A stretch of 64,000 bases of DNA from IMG/VR virus record IMGVR_UViG_3300025896_000021. The stretch is one strand, 5' to 3'. The notes beneath the pieces were generated by a model, which was not told where the DNA came from, ran no database searches, and saw only the letters and a program-made list of their open reading frames with translations. This document shows positions 50,949 to 60,158 of the stretch, one piece after another. The DNA comes from a virus. Its lineage: Duplodnaviria > Heunggongvirae > Uroviricota > Caudoviricetes. Every line of letters begins with the position of its first letter. Within the stretch, counting starts at the first letter, position 1. The position numbers were made by a program, and so were the translations under genes.

Positions 50949-51413
50949 ATGTCAAGTAATTGGTACACCCGAGTAAGTCAAGACTTGTCAAAGATACCTG
51001 ACTTCTTGGCGTACTATGATGCAGAGTTAGCCTCTGCAAAAGCTGATGTTAAGATTCAAGGTAACGTAGAGAAAAACATTTCTGCGTTACCCGGTGTTAC
51101 TGAACACCGTTTCAATCAACTACAAGAGATTGAAGCGGTGCTTCAATTCTTGAATCTACAACTACGTAAGATTCGGCGTAAACACTTTCAAAAATACTTA
51201 GAAGCGTACAATCGGGCACTGAGTGACCGTACTGCTGAAAAGTATGTAGAGGGCGAAGACGAAGTTATTGACATGGAAACAATCATCAACGAAGTTGCAC
51301 TATTACGAAACAAATGGTTAGGAACCATGAAGGGTTTGGATTCAAAGAACTTCATGCTTGGTCACATTGTTCGTTTACGTGCTGCTGGTATGGAAGACAT
51401 ATCGGTTAGCTAA
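50949..51413 (+). CDS. uvsY: UvsY-like recombination mediator
   Basis: Helical; AEKYVEGE...LR-x-AG; position next to uvsX. Confidence 0.75.
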   Translation: MSSNWYTRVSQDLSKIPDFLAYYDAELASAKADVKIQGNVEKNISALPGVTEHRFNQLQEIEAVLQFLNLQLRKIRRKHFQKYLEAYNRALSDRTAEKYVEGEDEVIDMETIINEVALLRNKWLGTMKGLDSKNFMLGHIVRLRAAGMEDISVS

Positions 51414-51476
51414 GGGAAATCTCGACTTGCTTATATAGCAGGTCCGTGCTATAATTCATCAACAACTTTATTTCAT

Positions 51477-52247
51477 ATGCCTAATACCTTGTCTACCATC
51501 TTTAATTCATATCCTAGCTTAAACCTTAGCTCACTCAGCAACATCTCAATAGGTGGCGCATATGGTACTCATAGTTTTACACATCCTAATATGCACCCTG
51601 CTGTTAAGAAGTACGAAATCTATGAAACTCCATCTGATATTTTAGCATTAAGCGTAGCGTGGAAGCGAATGCGGGAAGTGGGAACATCTACTGGTAAAAT
51701 AGGTAGTCTTCTGGACAAAGACTTGCACCAAGAACTATCAAATGATGACCATCAACGTGCAAGTGAAATTCGTGACCACTATAGCAAAAGAGTGTTGATG
51801 TGGAAACTTAAGGGTGATAGAATGTCTGCATACCGTGAAGACTTAAATTCTTTTGTCCACAGTGATGGTTTAAAATTTCGTGAAAACATGTTAGGTCTCG
51901 CCTATCACTTGCCTTCATTTTATGAATACGACATTCAACTGGACGAGGTTCGACTACAAGTTGTTTCGAACAAAGTTCCCACTAAAGCACTACGGGATAG
52001 TAGAATACTAAAGCCACTAAAGAGAATCGTATTCAAGAACAAGCGAATGAGCAATGTCCAATATTGGATGCAAGATACCGAGACTGACACTGCCGCAATG
52101 ATTCAGATTGAGACTAAGAACCCATTAGAACACTTGTGGAATCGTATCTTTGAAAGTTCTACTACACTTGGTGTAGCTGGAAATTTCAATCTCAAGACTC
52201 GGGATAATTTTGAATACGCAAGTATCAACCAGTGGAAATTAGCCTAA
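51477..52247 (+). CDS. Hypothetical protein
   Basis: ORF after TGCTATAAT promoter element. Confidence 0.7.
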   Translation: MPNTLSTIFNSYPSLNLSSLSNISIGGAYGTHSFTHPNMHPAVKKYEIYETPSDILALSVAWKRMREVGTSTGKIGSLLDKDLHQELSNDDHQRASEIRDHYSKRVLMWKLKGDRMSAYREDLNSFVHSDGLKFRENMLGLAYHLPSFYEYDIQLDEVRLQVVSNKVPTKALRDSRILKPLKRIVFKNKRMSNVQYWMQDTETDTAAMIQIETKNPLEHLWNRIFESSTTLGVAGNFNLKTRDNFEYASINQWKLA

Positions 52248-52249
52248 AT

Positions 52250-52278
52250 TTGACATTAAATGGTGTTTGTGTTATACT
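52250..52278 (+). promoter_or_regulatory. Sigma70-type early promoter
   Basis: TTGACATTAAATGG...TGTTATACT, 17-nt spacer. Confidence 0.85.
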
Positions 52279-52284
52279 CTTAAC

Positions 52285-52380
52285 ATGAACTTCATTAAAG
52301 AACTACTTCAAGCTACCATCATAGCTCTCACTATGTTCGGTCCTTTCTTCTATTACTTCATCTTTATGATGAAGCCATAA
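52285..52380 (+). CDS. Leaderless 31-aa membrane peptide (MNFIKELLQATIIALTMFGPFFYYFIFMMKP)
   Basis: ATG at the expected +1; fills the gap between two promoters. Confidence 0.6.
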   Translation: MNFIKELLQATIIALTMFGPFFYYFIFMMKP

Positions 52381-52381
52381 T

Positions 52382-52410
52382 TTGACATTAAATGGGTATT
52401 GTGATACAAT
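52382..52410 (+). promoter_or_regulatory. Sigma70-type early promoter
   Basis: TTGACATTAAATGG...TGATACAAT, 17-nt spacer. Confidence 0.8.
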
Positions 52411-52443
52411 ACTTGTATTGACACTGAAACATAGGAACTAAAA

Positions 52444-53478
52444 ATGACAGCTACGATTCGTATTACAAAAGGTGAGTATCGCAACATGCCTGTGATCAAC
52501 AAGACTTTCACACTTGTCAAAGGTTATCAGACAGGTGCAAAAGGTGGTTTCGTAACAGTGAAAAACAATGGTCACTTCCCCAACGTTTCTATTGAGAACG
52601 TAAAAGTGAAAGTAGATGGCATTGACAAAATTAAATTTCTCGAAGGAGCACCTGAATTGGTAGATGCAATTAGCTTTAAAGCAGTAGAACCCGAAGTGTC
52701 TGAGACTGAATTGGAAGCAATGGACCGTATTGCAATGCGTTTCTCTGTACTTGATGAAATGTCAAAAGCATGTATTGCAGGCGACATTCGTGCAATGATT
52801 GTGTCAGGTCCTCCGGGAGTTGGCAAGTCGCATGGTGTTACAATGCAAATGGAAAAGGCATCTATGTTTGATAAAATCTCAGGCAAGCGTCCCCGCTTTG
52901 AGATTGTTAAAGGTGCAATGTCGGGTATTGGTCTGTTCGCTACACTGTACAAATATTCTGATTCTAAAAACGTGTTAGTGTTTGATGACTGTGATGTTTG
53001 GGAAGATCAAGACGCATTGAACGTGCTGAAAGGTGCTCTCGATTCTGGCAAGACTCGCCGTATCTCTTGGAACAAAGATAGTCGTTTGCTGAAAGACGAG
53101 GGAGTGCCCAATACTTTCAACTTCAACGGCTCAGTGATTTTTATCACTAACTTGAATTTTGCAGATCGCCGCAGCAACAAAATCAAAGCTCACTTGGAAG
53201 CATTGCAATCTCGTTGTCACTATCTGGACCTGACTATTGATACCGAGCGTGATAAAATGTTGCGTATCAAGCAAGTGCATCGTGATGCTGATGGTGGTCT
53301 GTTTGCTGACTACGATTTTGACGCTACTCAATCTCAAATGGTCCTTGACTTCATGTGGGACAATCAAGACAAACTGCGTGAAACTAGTTTGCGTATGGCA
53401 TTGAAAATTGCTGACTTGGTTAAGATCAGCCCGAACTGGCGCAATCTTGCTACTGCAACTTGCATGAAAAAAGTTTAA
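52444..53478 (+). CDS. AAA+-type P-loop ATPase
   Basis: GPPGVGKS, VFDDCD, IFITN, ALQSR. Confidence 0.85.
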   Translation: MTATIRITKGEYRNMPVINKTFTLVKGYQTGAKGGFVTVKNNGHFPNVSIENVKVKVDGIDKIKFLEGAPELVDAISFKAVEPEVSETELEAMDRIAMRFSVLDEMSKACIAGDIRAMIVSGPPGVGKSHGVTMQMEKASMFDKISGKRPRFEIVKGAMSGIGLFATLYKYSDSKNVLVFDDCDVWEDQDALNVLKGALDSGKTRRISWNKDSRLLKDEGVPNTFNFNGSVIFITNLNFADRRSNKIKAHLEALQSRCHYLDLTIDTERDKMLRIKQVHRDADGGLFADYDFDATQSQMVLDFMWDNQDKLRETSLRMALKIADLVKISPNWRNLATATCMKKV

Positions 53479-53479
53479 T

Positions 53480-53719
53480 ATGTTTAAACAAAAAGGTTTC
53501 ACTCTCATTGAAATGATGATTGTAGTGGTGATCGTTCTTATTCTAGGTATGATGGCAGTAGGTGCAGTCAATGGATCAACTAGTAATAACACCGTCAGTT
53601 GGGGCGTCAACGGCATGACCGAAATGCGGTGCATTGATAATTATAAATTTATCATTAGTCAACAGGGACATACTCGTCAGGTAATGGATGAGTTTGGCAA
53701 AGGCGTGAAGTGTCAATAA
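53480..53719 (+). CDS. Prepilin-type N-terminal cleavage/methylation protein (mini-pilin)
   Basis: KQKG/FTLIEMMIVV class III signal; two Cys. Confidence 0.85.
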   Translation: MFKQKGFTLIEMMIVVVIVLILGMMAVGAVNGSTSNNTVSWGVNGMTEMRCIDNYKFIISQQGHTRQVMDEFGKGVKCQ

Positions 53720-53779
53720 AAGGTTAACCCCCTGCAGTGTGCGTAACGGCAATATCAATAAGTCCGTTTCGATAATAGA

Positions 53780-53804
53780 AAAAGGGGACTTAGGTCCCCT
53801 TTTT
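53780..53804 (+). terminator. Intrinsic terminator
   Basis: AAAAGGGGAC-TTAG-GTCCCCTTTTT. Confidence 0.85.
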
Positions 53805-53847
53805 AGCCACTATCTATTGCATTATCTATCACAAGAGTATATAATGA

Positions 53848-54924
53848 ATGATGACAAAAAAGCCTAACACTAAAGAACAATTAGTTGATTACTTGCTAAA
53901 ATACATAAGTTTGGGCACTTACGATAAAAAGTTTGTTAGCAATATATTGCAACTTAACATTACTACTGGTAAATCTGTTACCACTAATCAAGCAGCCCTG
54001 TTAGATAAAATCATTCTGCGATATCATCGGCAACTAGCTAAAGCAGAAATAAATAGCATTGACATGGTTAACCTTTCGTGGTCACTGCCACCGATTGAAA
54101 GTTCACCTATCTATACTGAGGCACATGTGTCTGTTATGGATGATACCACGCTCATTATTCATAGTCCCTACAAAAAGGATTTTGTAAAGGAACTTAAGCA
54201 ATATGATTACATGAACTGGGACCGCGACAATAAATTATGGTCCACTATAGCATCGGAGCACACACTAAAGCAAGTGTTGGAAGTTGTTAATGCTCACTAT
54301 GATAAAGTAAATTACTGTCCTATAGTACAGCAAGTAGTAGACACTGTGACAGAATACGAAGGTATGCTATACTGGAATCCAACACTAACTCGAATAAAAG
54401 GTAATCTGTACGTAGTTGCTGCAAATGGTCCACTGATGGAAGCGATTACTAATATTCCTTTGGATACTGATTATCACACATTAGCTAGACTAAGCAGAAT
54501 GGGAATCAGAATTGAGCCGGCACTTATTAGTGCAGTACATGATGAGTTGGGCGGGTCTGACGAAGTGTTTAAGAAACTGATATTTGCAATTGACCATCAA
54601 CCCAAGATTGAAATGTCTAACCAATCTATGATCATAGAACATCTGTTAGATATCAAAGCAGATATCGTGATACTCAACCAGTGGTTTGGTACAAACAAAA
54701 CTTATGTTATGGAATTAGCTAATTTATTGAAAGCAAATAAAATCGAACATAAGATATTAAAAACTAAATCAGGTCTCGGTGAAGTAGTTGACACTGAGTT
54801 AAAGACATATGACATGCCCATAAAACTTAACATAGGAGTGTTCAATACGCACGGATCACTTAAACATATAGCCAAGAATGTACAATTGGTAAACAGCAAC
54901 GAAATCTATATAGAGTATAAATGA
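53848..54924 (+). CDS. Hypothetical protein
   Basis: ORF directly after TTGCAT-N17-TATAAT. Confidence 0.7.
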   Translation: MMTKKPNTKEQLVDYLLKYISLGTYDKKFVSNILQLNITTGKSVTTNQAALLDKIILRYHRQLAKAEINSIDMVNLSWSLPPIESSPIYTEAHVSVMDDTTLIIHSPYKKDFVKELKQYDYMNWDRDNKLWSTIASEHTLKQVLEVVNAHYDKVNYCPIVQQVVDTVTEYEGMLYWNPTLTRIKGNLYVVAANGPLMEAITNIPLDTDYHTLARLSRMGIRIEPALISAVHDELGGSDEVFKKLIFAIDHQPKIEMSNQSMIIEHLLDIKADIVILNQWFGTNKTYVMELANLLKANKIEHKILKTKSGLGEVVDTELKTYDMPIKLNIGVFNTHGSLKHIAKNVQLVNSNEIYIEYK

Positions 54925-56399
54925 AACAATGTAAAATAATCGTCAAAGACGAAGTAAACGTAAAGATAGAGGGCTTGGATCTACCTGATCGTAAGGCTCT
55001 AATGAAACTATTTGAGTTTGATGTACCCGGCGCACGGTATTTGCCAAGTGTCCGACTCGGTAGGTGGAACGGCAAGACTAGCTACTTTAGTCTAGGTGGG
55101 TCAAGTTATATCAACTTGCTTCCCGAGATTCTTCCTGTACTTGAACGTGTCGGTTACGACATTGAGTTAGAAGACACACGGGACTATACAACTACCTTTG
55201 CGTTTACTGAGGTTACTGAGGAAACATTCAAACATAAAGTATGGCCTAAGAATCATCCTATTGCGGGACAACCAATTGTACTGCGTGACTATCAGATTGA
55301 GATTATCAACAACTATCTTAAGAATCCGCAAGCACTGCAAGAAATTGCAACGGGTGCTGGCAAGACACTAATCACTGCTGCACTTAGTTCTGCTATTGAG
55401 CAGTATGGTCGTAGTATTGTTATCGTGCCTAACGTTAGTCTAGTAGGTCAAACCGAAGCTGATTATATTAACTTGGGGCTTGATGTTGGTGTGTACTACG
55501 GCGGCCGCAAAGAGTACAACAAGACGCATACTATTTGCACTTGGCAGTCACTAGGTAACATGCTTAAGAACACTAAAGCAGGAGAAGCAGAAGTTGACAT
55601 TGGCGACTTCTTAGAAGGCGTAGTTTGTGTTATCGTTGACGAGGTTCACCAAGCTAAAGCAGAAGTATTGAAGACATTGCTCACTGGGGCAATGAGTCAG
55701 ATTCCATTACGTTGGGGCTTGACTGGTACTATCCCTAAAGCTAGATTTGAATCAATGTCGTTGACTGTTAGTTTAGGCCCAGTGATTGGTAGTCTAACTG
55801 CTAGTACATTACAAGAGCAAGGTGTGTTGAGTAACTGCCATGTTAACATCCTACAACTACAAGATGGAGTTGAGTTCCCTAACTATCAAACTGAATTAAA
55901 GTACCTAGTTGAGAACAGTCAGCGTATGGATTGTATTGCTTCACGTATCTTTAAGATTAAGGATACAGGTAACACATTGGTCCTTGTTGATAGGATTGAA
56001 GCTGGTAAAATACTACATCTTAAGTTAGAAGAATTAGGTGTACCCGAAGCTGACGTAGTGTTCGTGTCGGGTGGCACTAAGTCTACTACTAGGACTGATC
56101 ATTACGATGACATTGCTACAGCAACTAACAAGATTATTATCGCAACATACGGTGTAGCCGCAGTTGGTATTAATATCCCGCGTATCTTCAACGTAGTGTT
56201 GATTGAACCGGGTAAGAGTTTCGTTCGAGTTATTCAAAGTATCGGACGAGGCATACGTAAAGCAGAAGACAAAGACTTTGTGAATATCTGGGATATCACT
56301 AGTAGTTGTAAGTTCGCTAAACGACATTTGACCCAACGGAAGACATTCTATCGTGATGCCAACTACCCGTTTGACGTTGAAAAAATTAAGTATAAGTGA
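54921..56399 (+). CDS. uvsW: UvsW-like SF2 helicase
   Basis: LRDYQ, ATGAGKT, DEVH, GLTGT, QSIGRGIR. Confidence 0.9.
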   Translation: MKQCKIIVKDEVNVKIEGLDLPDRKALMKLFEFDVPGARYLPSVRLGRWNGKTSYFSLGGSSYINLLPEILPVLERVGYDIELEDTRDYTTTFAFTEVTEETFKHKVWPKNHPIAGQPIVLRDYQIEIINNYLKNPQALQEIATGAGKTLITAALSSAIEQYGRSIVIVPNVSLVGQTEADYINLGLDVGVYYGGRKEYNKTHTICTWQSLGNMLKNTKAGEAEVDIGDFLEGVVCVIVDEVHQAKAEVLKTLLTGAMSQIPLRWGLTGTIPKARFESMSLTVSLGPVIGSLTASTLQEQGVLSNCHVNILQLQDGVEFPNYQTELKYLVENSQRMDCIASRIFKIKDTGNTLVLVDRIEAGKILHLKLEELGVPEADVVFVSGGTKSTTRTDHYDDIATATNKIIIATYGVAAVGINIPRIFNVVLIEPGKSFVRVIQSIGRGIRKAEDKDFVNIWDITSSCKFAKRHLTQRKTFYRDANYPFDVEKIKYK

Positions 56400-56411
56400 T
56401 ACAATAACAAC

Positions 56412-56912
56412 ATGCGTATATTAACCCTCGACAACACCTATTATAACTTAGAGACCCTACCCGATGAAGTAGATGATTTACGTTTTGCTATCTTAGATAA
56501 CAGCAACCCCCAAAATGTAGACTATCATTATATCCCACTAATCTTTTTAGAATCGTTTAACAGCCCGGCACTCGTATTGAAGATCGGTAACAAGACAGTA
56601 AAGATGCCAGTTGATTGGCAAATACTGATTGGTGAACCTGATATGGGTGACTTAGAAACACTTCCACTTACTAGTATTAATGACAGAGGTTTCAAAGCAT
56701 TCGAATTCAATCCACTGACAGCATTCAAACCTAGCTTTTTAGATATTGATATTGTTGATATCTATCACGATGTAACTTGGTATGCTCCTAGACTAAAGAA
56801 CGGACAGTTCTTATGTGTACCAATCGACGACGATATAAAACCCCGATGTGTCTACTTTGTTAAAGAGATTAGTCGTAACTGTGAAATTATTGATTACGCA
56901 CAAGCGTTTTAA
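56412..56912 (+). CDS. Hypothetical protein
   Basis: ORF; PLIFLESFNSP. Confidence 0.7.
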   Translation: MRILTLDNTYYNLETLPDEVDDLRFAILDNSNPQNVDYHYIPLIFLESFNSPALVLKIGNKTVKMPVDWQILIGEPDMGDLETLPLTSINDRGFKAFEFNPLTAFKPSFLDIDIVDIYHDVTWYAPRLKNGQFLCVPIDDDIKPRCVYFVKEISRNCEIIDYAQAF

Positions 56913-56914
56913 AA

Positions 56915-57511
56915 ATGGCAACTAGAAAAGCAGCAGCACCCGTTGATGAGAAATTTGAGAACATGGACTTTGACTTGTTCAATGCACTAACCGCACTGGA
57001 TAAGAAAGACTATGCTTACATTGACCGACTCACTGACGAACAGCAACGTAAGTTCGTTCCCTACATGATGACGCACTGGATGAGTGCCATCAAAGCTAGC
57101 GGTGATCTTCAAGGCTATTACTTGATGAGCACGAACTATCATGCAAACATTCACTTGTTCAATGAATATGTTAGCAAGCATCCTAAGCTACAATGGCAGA
57201 TGTTATGTGCAGCTAGTCCAGGCATTGGTAAACAATTTCATCAGTGGATACCGCATCTGTCTAGTAAAGTAACACAGCTTAAAGAAACTCCTAAAGAAAA
57301 AGATATTCGTGACTACTTTACTAAAATCTATCCTAAGGTAAGTGCTGATGATATCAAAGAAATCAGTGAAGCATTTGTAACTACACACAAGAAGAAAGTA
57401 TACTTGGCAAACAAGTATCCTAACTTAAAACAAACAGATATTGAAACATTATCGGAGCTAGTAACAGATGCTGAAATTAAACAATATGAAAAAGATAGTG
57501 GCAACAGTTGA
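56915..57511 (+). CDS. Possible clamp-loader small subunit (gp62-like)
   Basis: F-x-PY-x-x-x-x-WMS...HPKLQW...HQWI pattern. Confidence 0.45.
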   Translation: MATRKAAAPVDEKFENMDFDLFNALTALDKKDYAYIDRLTDEQQRKFVPYMMTHWMSAIKASGDLQGYYLMSTNYHANIHLFNEYVSKHPKLQWQMLCAASPGIGKQFHQWIPHLSSKVTQLKETPKEKDIRDYFTKIYPKVSADDIKEISEAFVTTHKKKVYLANKYPNLKQTDIETLSELVTDAEIKQYEKDSGNS

Positions 57512-58190
57512 GCCAAAGCATACCTGTGAGTTTTGTCATCGTGAATTTGTGCGAGAACGAACATTAATCAGTCATCTATGTGAACAGAAGCAAAGATGGC
57601 TGAACAAAGATATCAAAGGTAACCGACTAGGCTTTCAGTGTTGGTTGCAGTTCTATACCAAGAACAGCATGAACCGAACTAAGAATAAGACCTATGAAGA
57701 ATTTATTAAGTCTGCATACTACACTGCCTTTGTAAAGTTTGGTACTTATTGTGGTGAAGTCAATGTAGTCAATGTAAGCCGCTTTGTTGATTGGTTACTC
57801 AAAGAAAATATCAAGCTAGACAACTGGCATAGTGATTCAGTTTATACTACCTTCTTGCAGGATTACCTTCGCAAAGAGGATCCGTTTGATGCGATACATC
57901 GTGGCATTGAGCATTCTATAGTATTAGCCAAAGCAGCAAACATTCAGTCACACGACATATTACGATTTGGGAATGTGAACAAAATCTGCTATGCCATAAC
58001 AACGGGCAAGATAAGTCCATGGATGTTGTATCAGAGCAACAGTGGTACCCATTTTCTAGATACTTTAAATCCAGACCATGTTAAAATGATCATAGAGTAC
58101 ATAGACCCGGAACAGTGGGCAATCAAATTTAAACGAGATCCTGAAGTTGCTAAACAAATCAAAGAGTTATTGGGGGCGGGAGGATATTAA
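57486..58190 (+). CDS. Hypothetical protein with N-terminal zinc finger
   Basis: CEFC...HLC; start uncertain. Confidence 0.65.
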   Translation: MKKIVATVEPKHTCEFCHREFVRERTLISHLCEQKQRWLNKDIKGNRLGFQCWLQFYTKNSMNRTKNKTYEEFIKSAYYTAFVKFGTYCGEVNVVNVSRFVDWLLKENIKLDNWHSDSVYTTFLQDYLRKEDPFDAIHRGIEHSIVLAKAANIQSHDILRFGNVNKICYAITTGKISPWMLYQSNSGTHFLDTLNPDHVKMIIEYIDPEQWAIKFKRDPEVAKQIKELLGAGGY

Positions 58191-58365
58191 GCATATAGCA
58201 GAGATTCCTTATACTAGAGTGCAACAGCATGAGGTGTTTGAATGGTTGCTAGTCAATTTAGGATTGCCCGGACACGATTATTATGTCAGACATGATTCTA
58301 CTACGTTAGCAGTACATTTTACAACAGAACAAAATTACATTTGGTTTATATTGAGGTGGTCGTAA
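58147..58365 (+). CDS. LRW-family small protein 1
   Basis: Ends FTTEQNYIWFILRWS; start uncertain. Confidence 0.6.
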   Translation: MLNKSKSYWGREDIKHIAEIPYTRVQQHEVFEWLLVNLGLPGHDYYVRHDSTTLAVHFTTEQNYIWFILRWS

Positions 58366-58658
58366 TGAACGAAAAAATGATTCACGAATTTGTACAACGC
58401 TACGGAGCCAGGGTAGATTACCAACATGGTCGTAGCAGCTTTGAAACCTATAGCAGGTCAATGAATTATTACGATGACCGTAAAAGTGTAGTAGATATTG
58501 AACTATCCAGGCAAGAATTTGAGCATTTAGTTGAAGCAGATCACCATGCAGAAGTTGACTATCGTGTTAGAAGCGAAGAAGCACGCCTGCGCAGTAAATA
58601 CCCTGCGTTGGAAACAGCATATAGCAAATACAAAATGTTATTGGAGCTATACAAATGA
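58365..58658 (+). CDS. Small hypothetical protein (YPAL-x-x-AY-x-x-YKML type)
   Basis: TAATG overlap; GAGGTG RBS. Confidence 0.75.
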   Translation: MNEKMIHEFVQRYGARVDYQHGRSSFETYSRSMNYYDDRKSVVDIELSRQEFEHLVEADHHAEVDYRVRSEEARLRSKYPALETAYSKYKMLLELYK

Positions 58659-59014
58659 ACGATCTGCTACCTTATCAACACGCACTATATGATAAACTGC
58701 AAGCAGGTGGATTTAAGCAAGGAGAACTAGTTGTCTTTGCCGCTGGTCGTCAAACCGGCAAGAGTATGCTCTATAAGACTATGCTTAATGAAATGTATGG
58801 ATCAATGACGAAACAACCTATTTTCTCGGTAAATGGCAAAGCAGAAGTAGATGGTGCAACTTGGTATACTGTACACTGCAATAGAGATATCAGTACATGG
58901 TTGCGTAATCAACCTAAAGAGTGGCATTATGAAGCATTAGCACACGGATGGAGTGGTTGTCAATTTGACATTCACGAAAAACTTTACACAATGTTGATAT
59001 TGCGATGGAGCTAA
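58655..59014 (+). CDS. LRW-family protein with N-terminal Walker A fragment
   Basis: LLPYQ...GGFKQGELVVFAAGRQTGKS; ends MLILRWS. Confidence 0.75.
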   Translation: MNDLLPYQHALYDKLQAGGFKQGELVVFAAGRQTGKSMLYKTMLNEMYGSMTKQPIFSVNGKAEVDGATWYTVHCNRDISTWLRNQPKEWHYEALAHGWSGCQFDIHEKLYTMLILRWS

Positions 59015-59253
59015 AACTAAGTGAAGGCAGAGTCTCGGGGTCACGATACTATACAGTTGATCCTAACCCAAATTGGGATCCTTATTGGTACAATCAAGGT
59101 TGGTTTGATATGGAAATTTGGTGTCTGACGCAATTTGGTCCAACTCCGAATGATGGTGTGTGGACACCCGGTGCTCGTTGGTATATGAACAATAGAAAAT
59201 TTTGGTTCCATAATGAAGCAGACTTATCTTGGTTTATATTGAGGTGGTCATGA
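59005..59253 (+). CDS. LRW-family small protein
   Basis: WCLTQFGP...FHNEADLSWFILRWS. Confidence 0.8.
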   Translation: MELKLSEGRVSGSRYYTVDPNPNWDPYWYNQGWFDMEIWCLTQFGPTPNDGVWTPGARWYMNNRKFWFHNEADLSWFILRWS

Positions 59254-59483
59254 GTAATACAGCAAGCTGGACAACATTCGGCAAGGATCGTTATCATCTC
59301 AACGGTGAGATGGAACGCTGGTGCCTAGACAATGTTGGGAATGGTGGTTGGACTTATAGTACTCCCGAAACTTGGGAAGGTATGGGTGGCAAAGTTTGGA
59401 TTATGCACAGCATGTTTGGTAACACTACCTTTGTATTTAAAGAGTCCAAACACTTAGCTTGGTTTATGTTGAGGTGGGAATGA
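59250..59483 (+). CDS. LRW-family small protein
   Basis: WCLDNVG...FKESKHLAWFMLRWE. Confidence 0.8.
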   Translation: MSNTASWTTFGKDRYHLNGEMERWCLDNVGNGGWTYSTPETWEGMGGKVWIMHSMFGNTTFVFKESKHLAWFMLRWE

Positions 59484-59698
59484 GTTCACTTGTAAGAATA
59501 AAAAACAAGAATGCAATAGCAGCAATGGATATAGTAAGAGAGTTGCGTGAGAAGGGGTATGTACAGGGAATTGATTTTGATTTTAATTACTATCATCAAG
59601 AATCCGATGATCCACAGGACATCACCGAGCAGAGACATACCTTATTCACTTTTTACAAAGAGGGGCTGGCAACATGGTTCAGTTTAAAGTACCTATGA
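59480..59698 (+). CDS. LRW-family small protein (LKY variant)
   Basis: FYKEGLATWFSLKYL. Confidence 0.75.
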   Translation: MSSLVRIKNKNAIAAMDIVRELREKGYVQGIDFDFNYYHQESDDPQDITEQRHTLFTFYKEGLATWFSLKYL

Positions 59699-59952
59699 CA
59701 TTAGAAGATGAGTTGGCGGCGACGGCGGGTAAGATCATGGCAGATGAAATTGACTGGGAAATTTTAGCTAACCTATTAGTTCAATCAGGCTGGTTTATGG
59801 TAGACTTAGATCATTACAGAGACCGTTACCAAAGTATTGACATTGAAACATGGATTGATGAAAACTGCAAGGGCAAATACAAGAAACACAGTAGAACATT
59901 CGTGTTTGAGAAGAAAGAAGATGCAGCTTGGTTTAAGTTAAGGTGGCTATGA
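59695..59952 (+). CDS. LRW-family protein with N-terminal gp23-like helix
   Basis: EDELAATAGKIMADEIDWEIL; ends FEKKEDAAWFKLRWL. Confidence 0.75.
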   Translation: MTLEDELAATAGKIMADEIDWEILANLLVQSGWFMVDLDHYRDRYQSIDIETWIDENCKGKYKKHSRTFVFEKKEDAAWFKLRWL

Positions 59953-60158
59953 GAGTATTGAAGAAAGAACTGTGGCCTTGCAAGGTAGAACTGGATCTAG
60001 ATCAAAGTCAGACCAAGTTGATAGAAATAGAAACTTGGCTAGGCGAACATTATGGTCCTTTAAAGAATCGCTGGAATGTGGTTTATCAATGGGACCATAC
60101 TGTATTTTATTTTCGGCAAGGCACTGATGCTACCATGTTTTCATTGAGGTGGGTATGA
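59949..60158 (+). CDS. LRW-family small protein
   Basis: WLGEHYG...FRQGTDATMFSLRWV. Confidence 0.78.
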   Translation: MRVLKKELWPCKVELDLDQSQTKLIEIETWLGEHYGPLKNRWNVVYQWDHTVFYFRQGTDATMFSLRWV

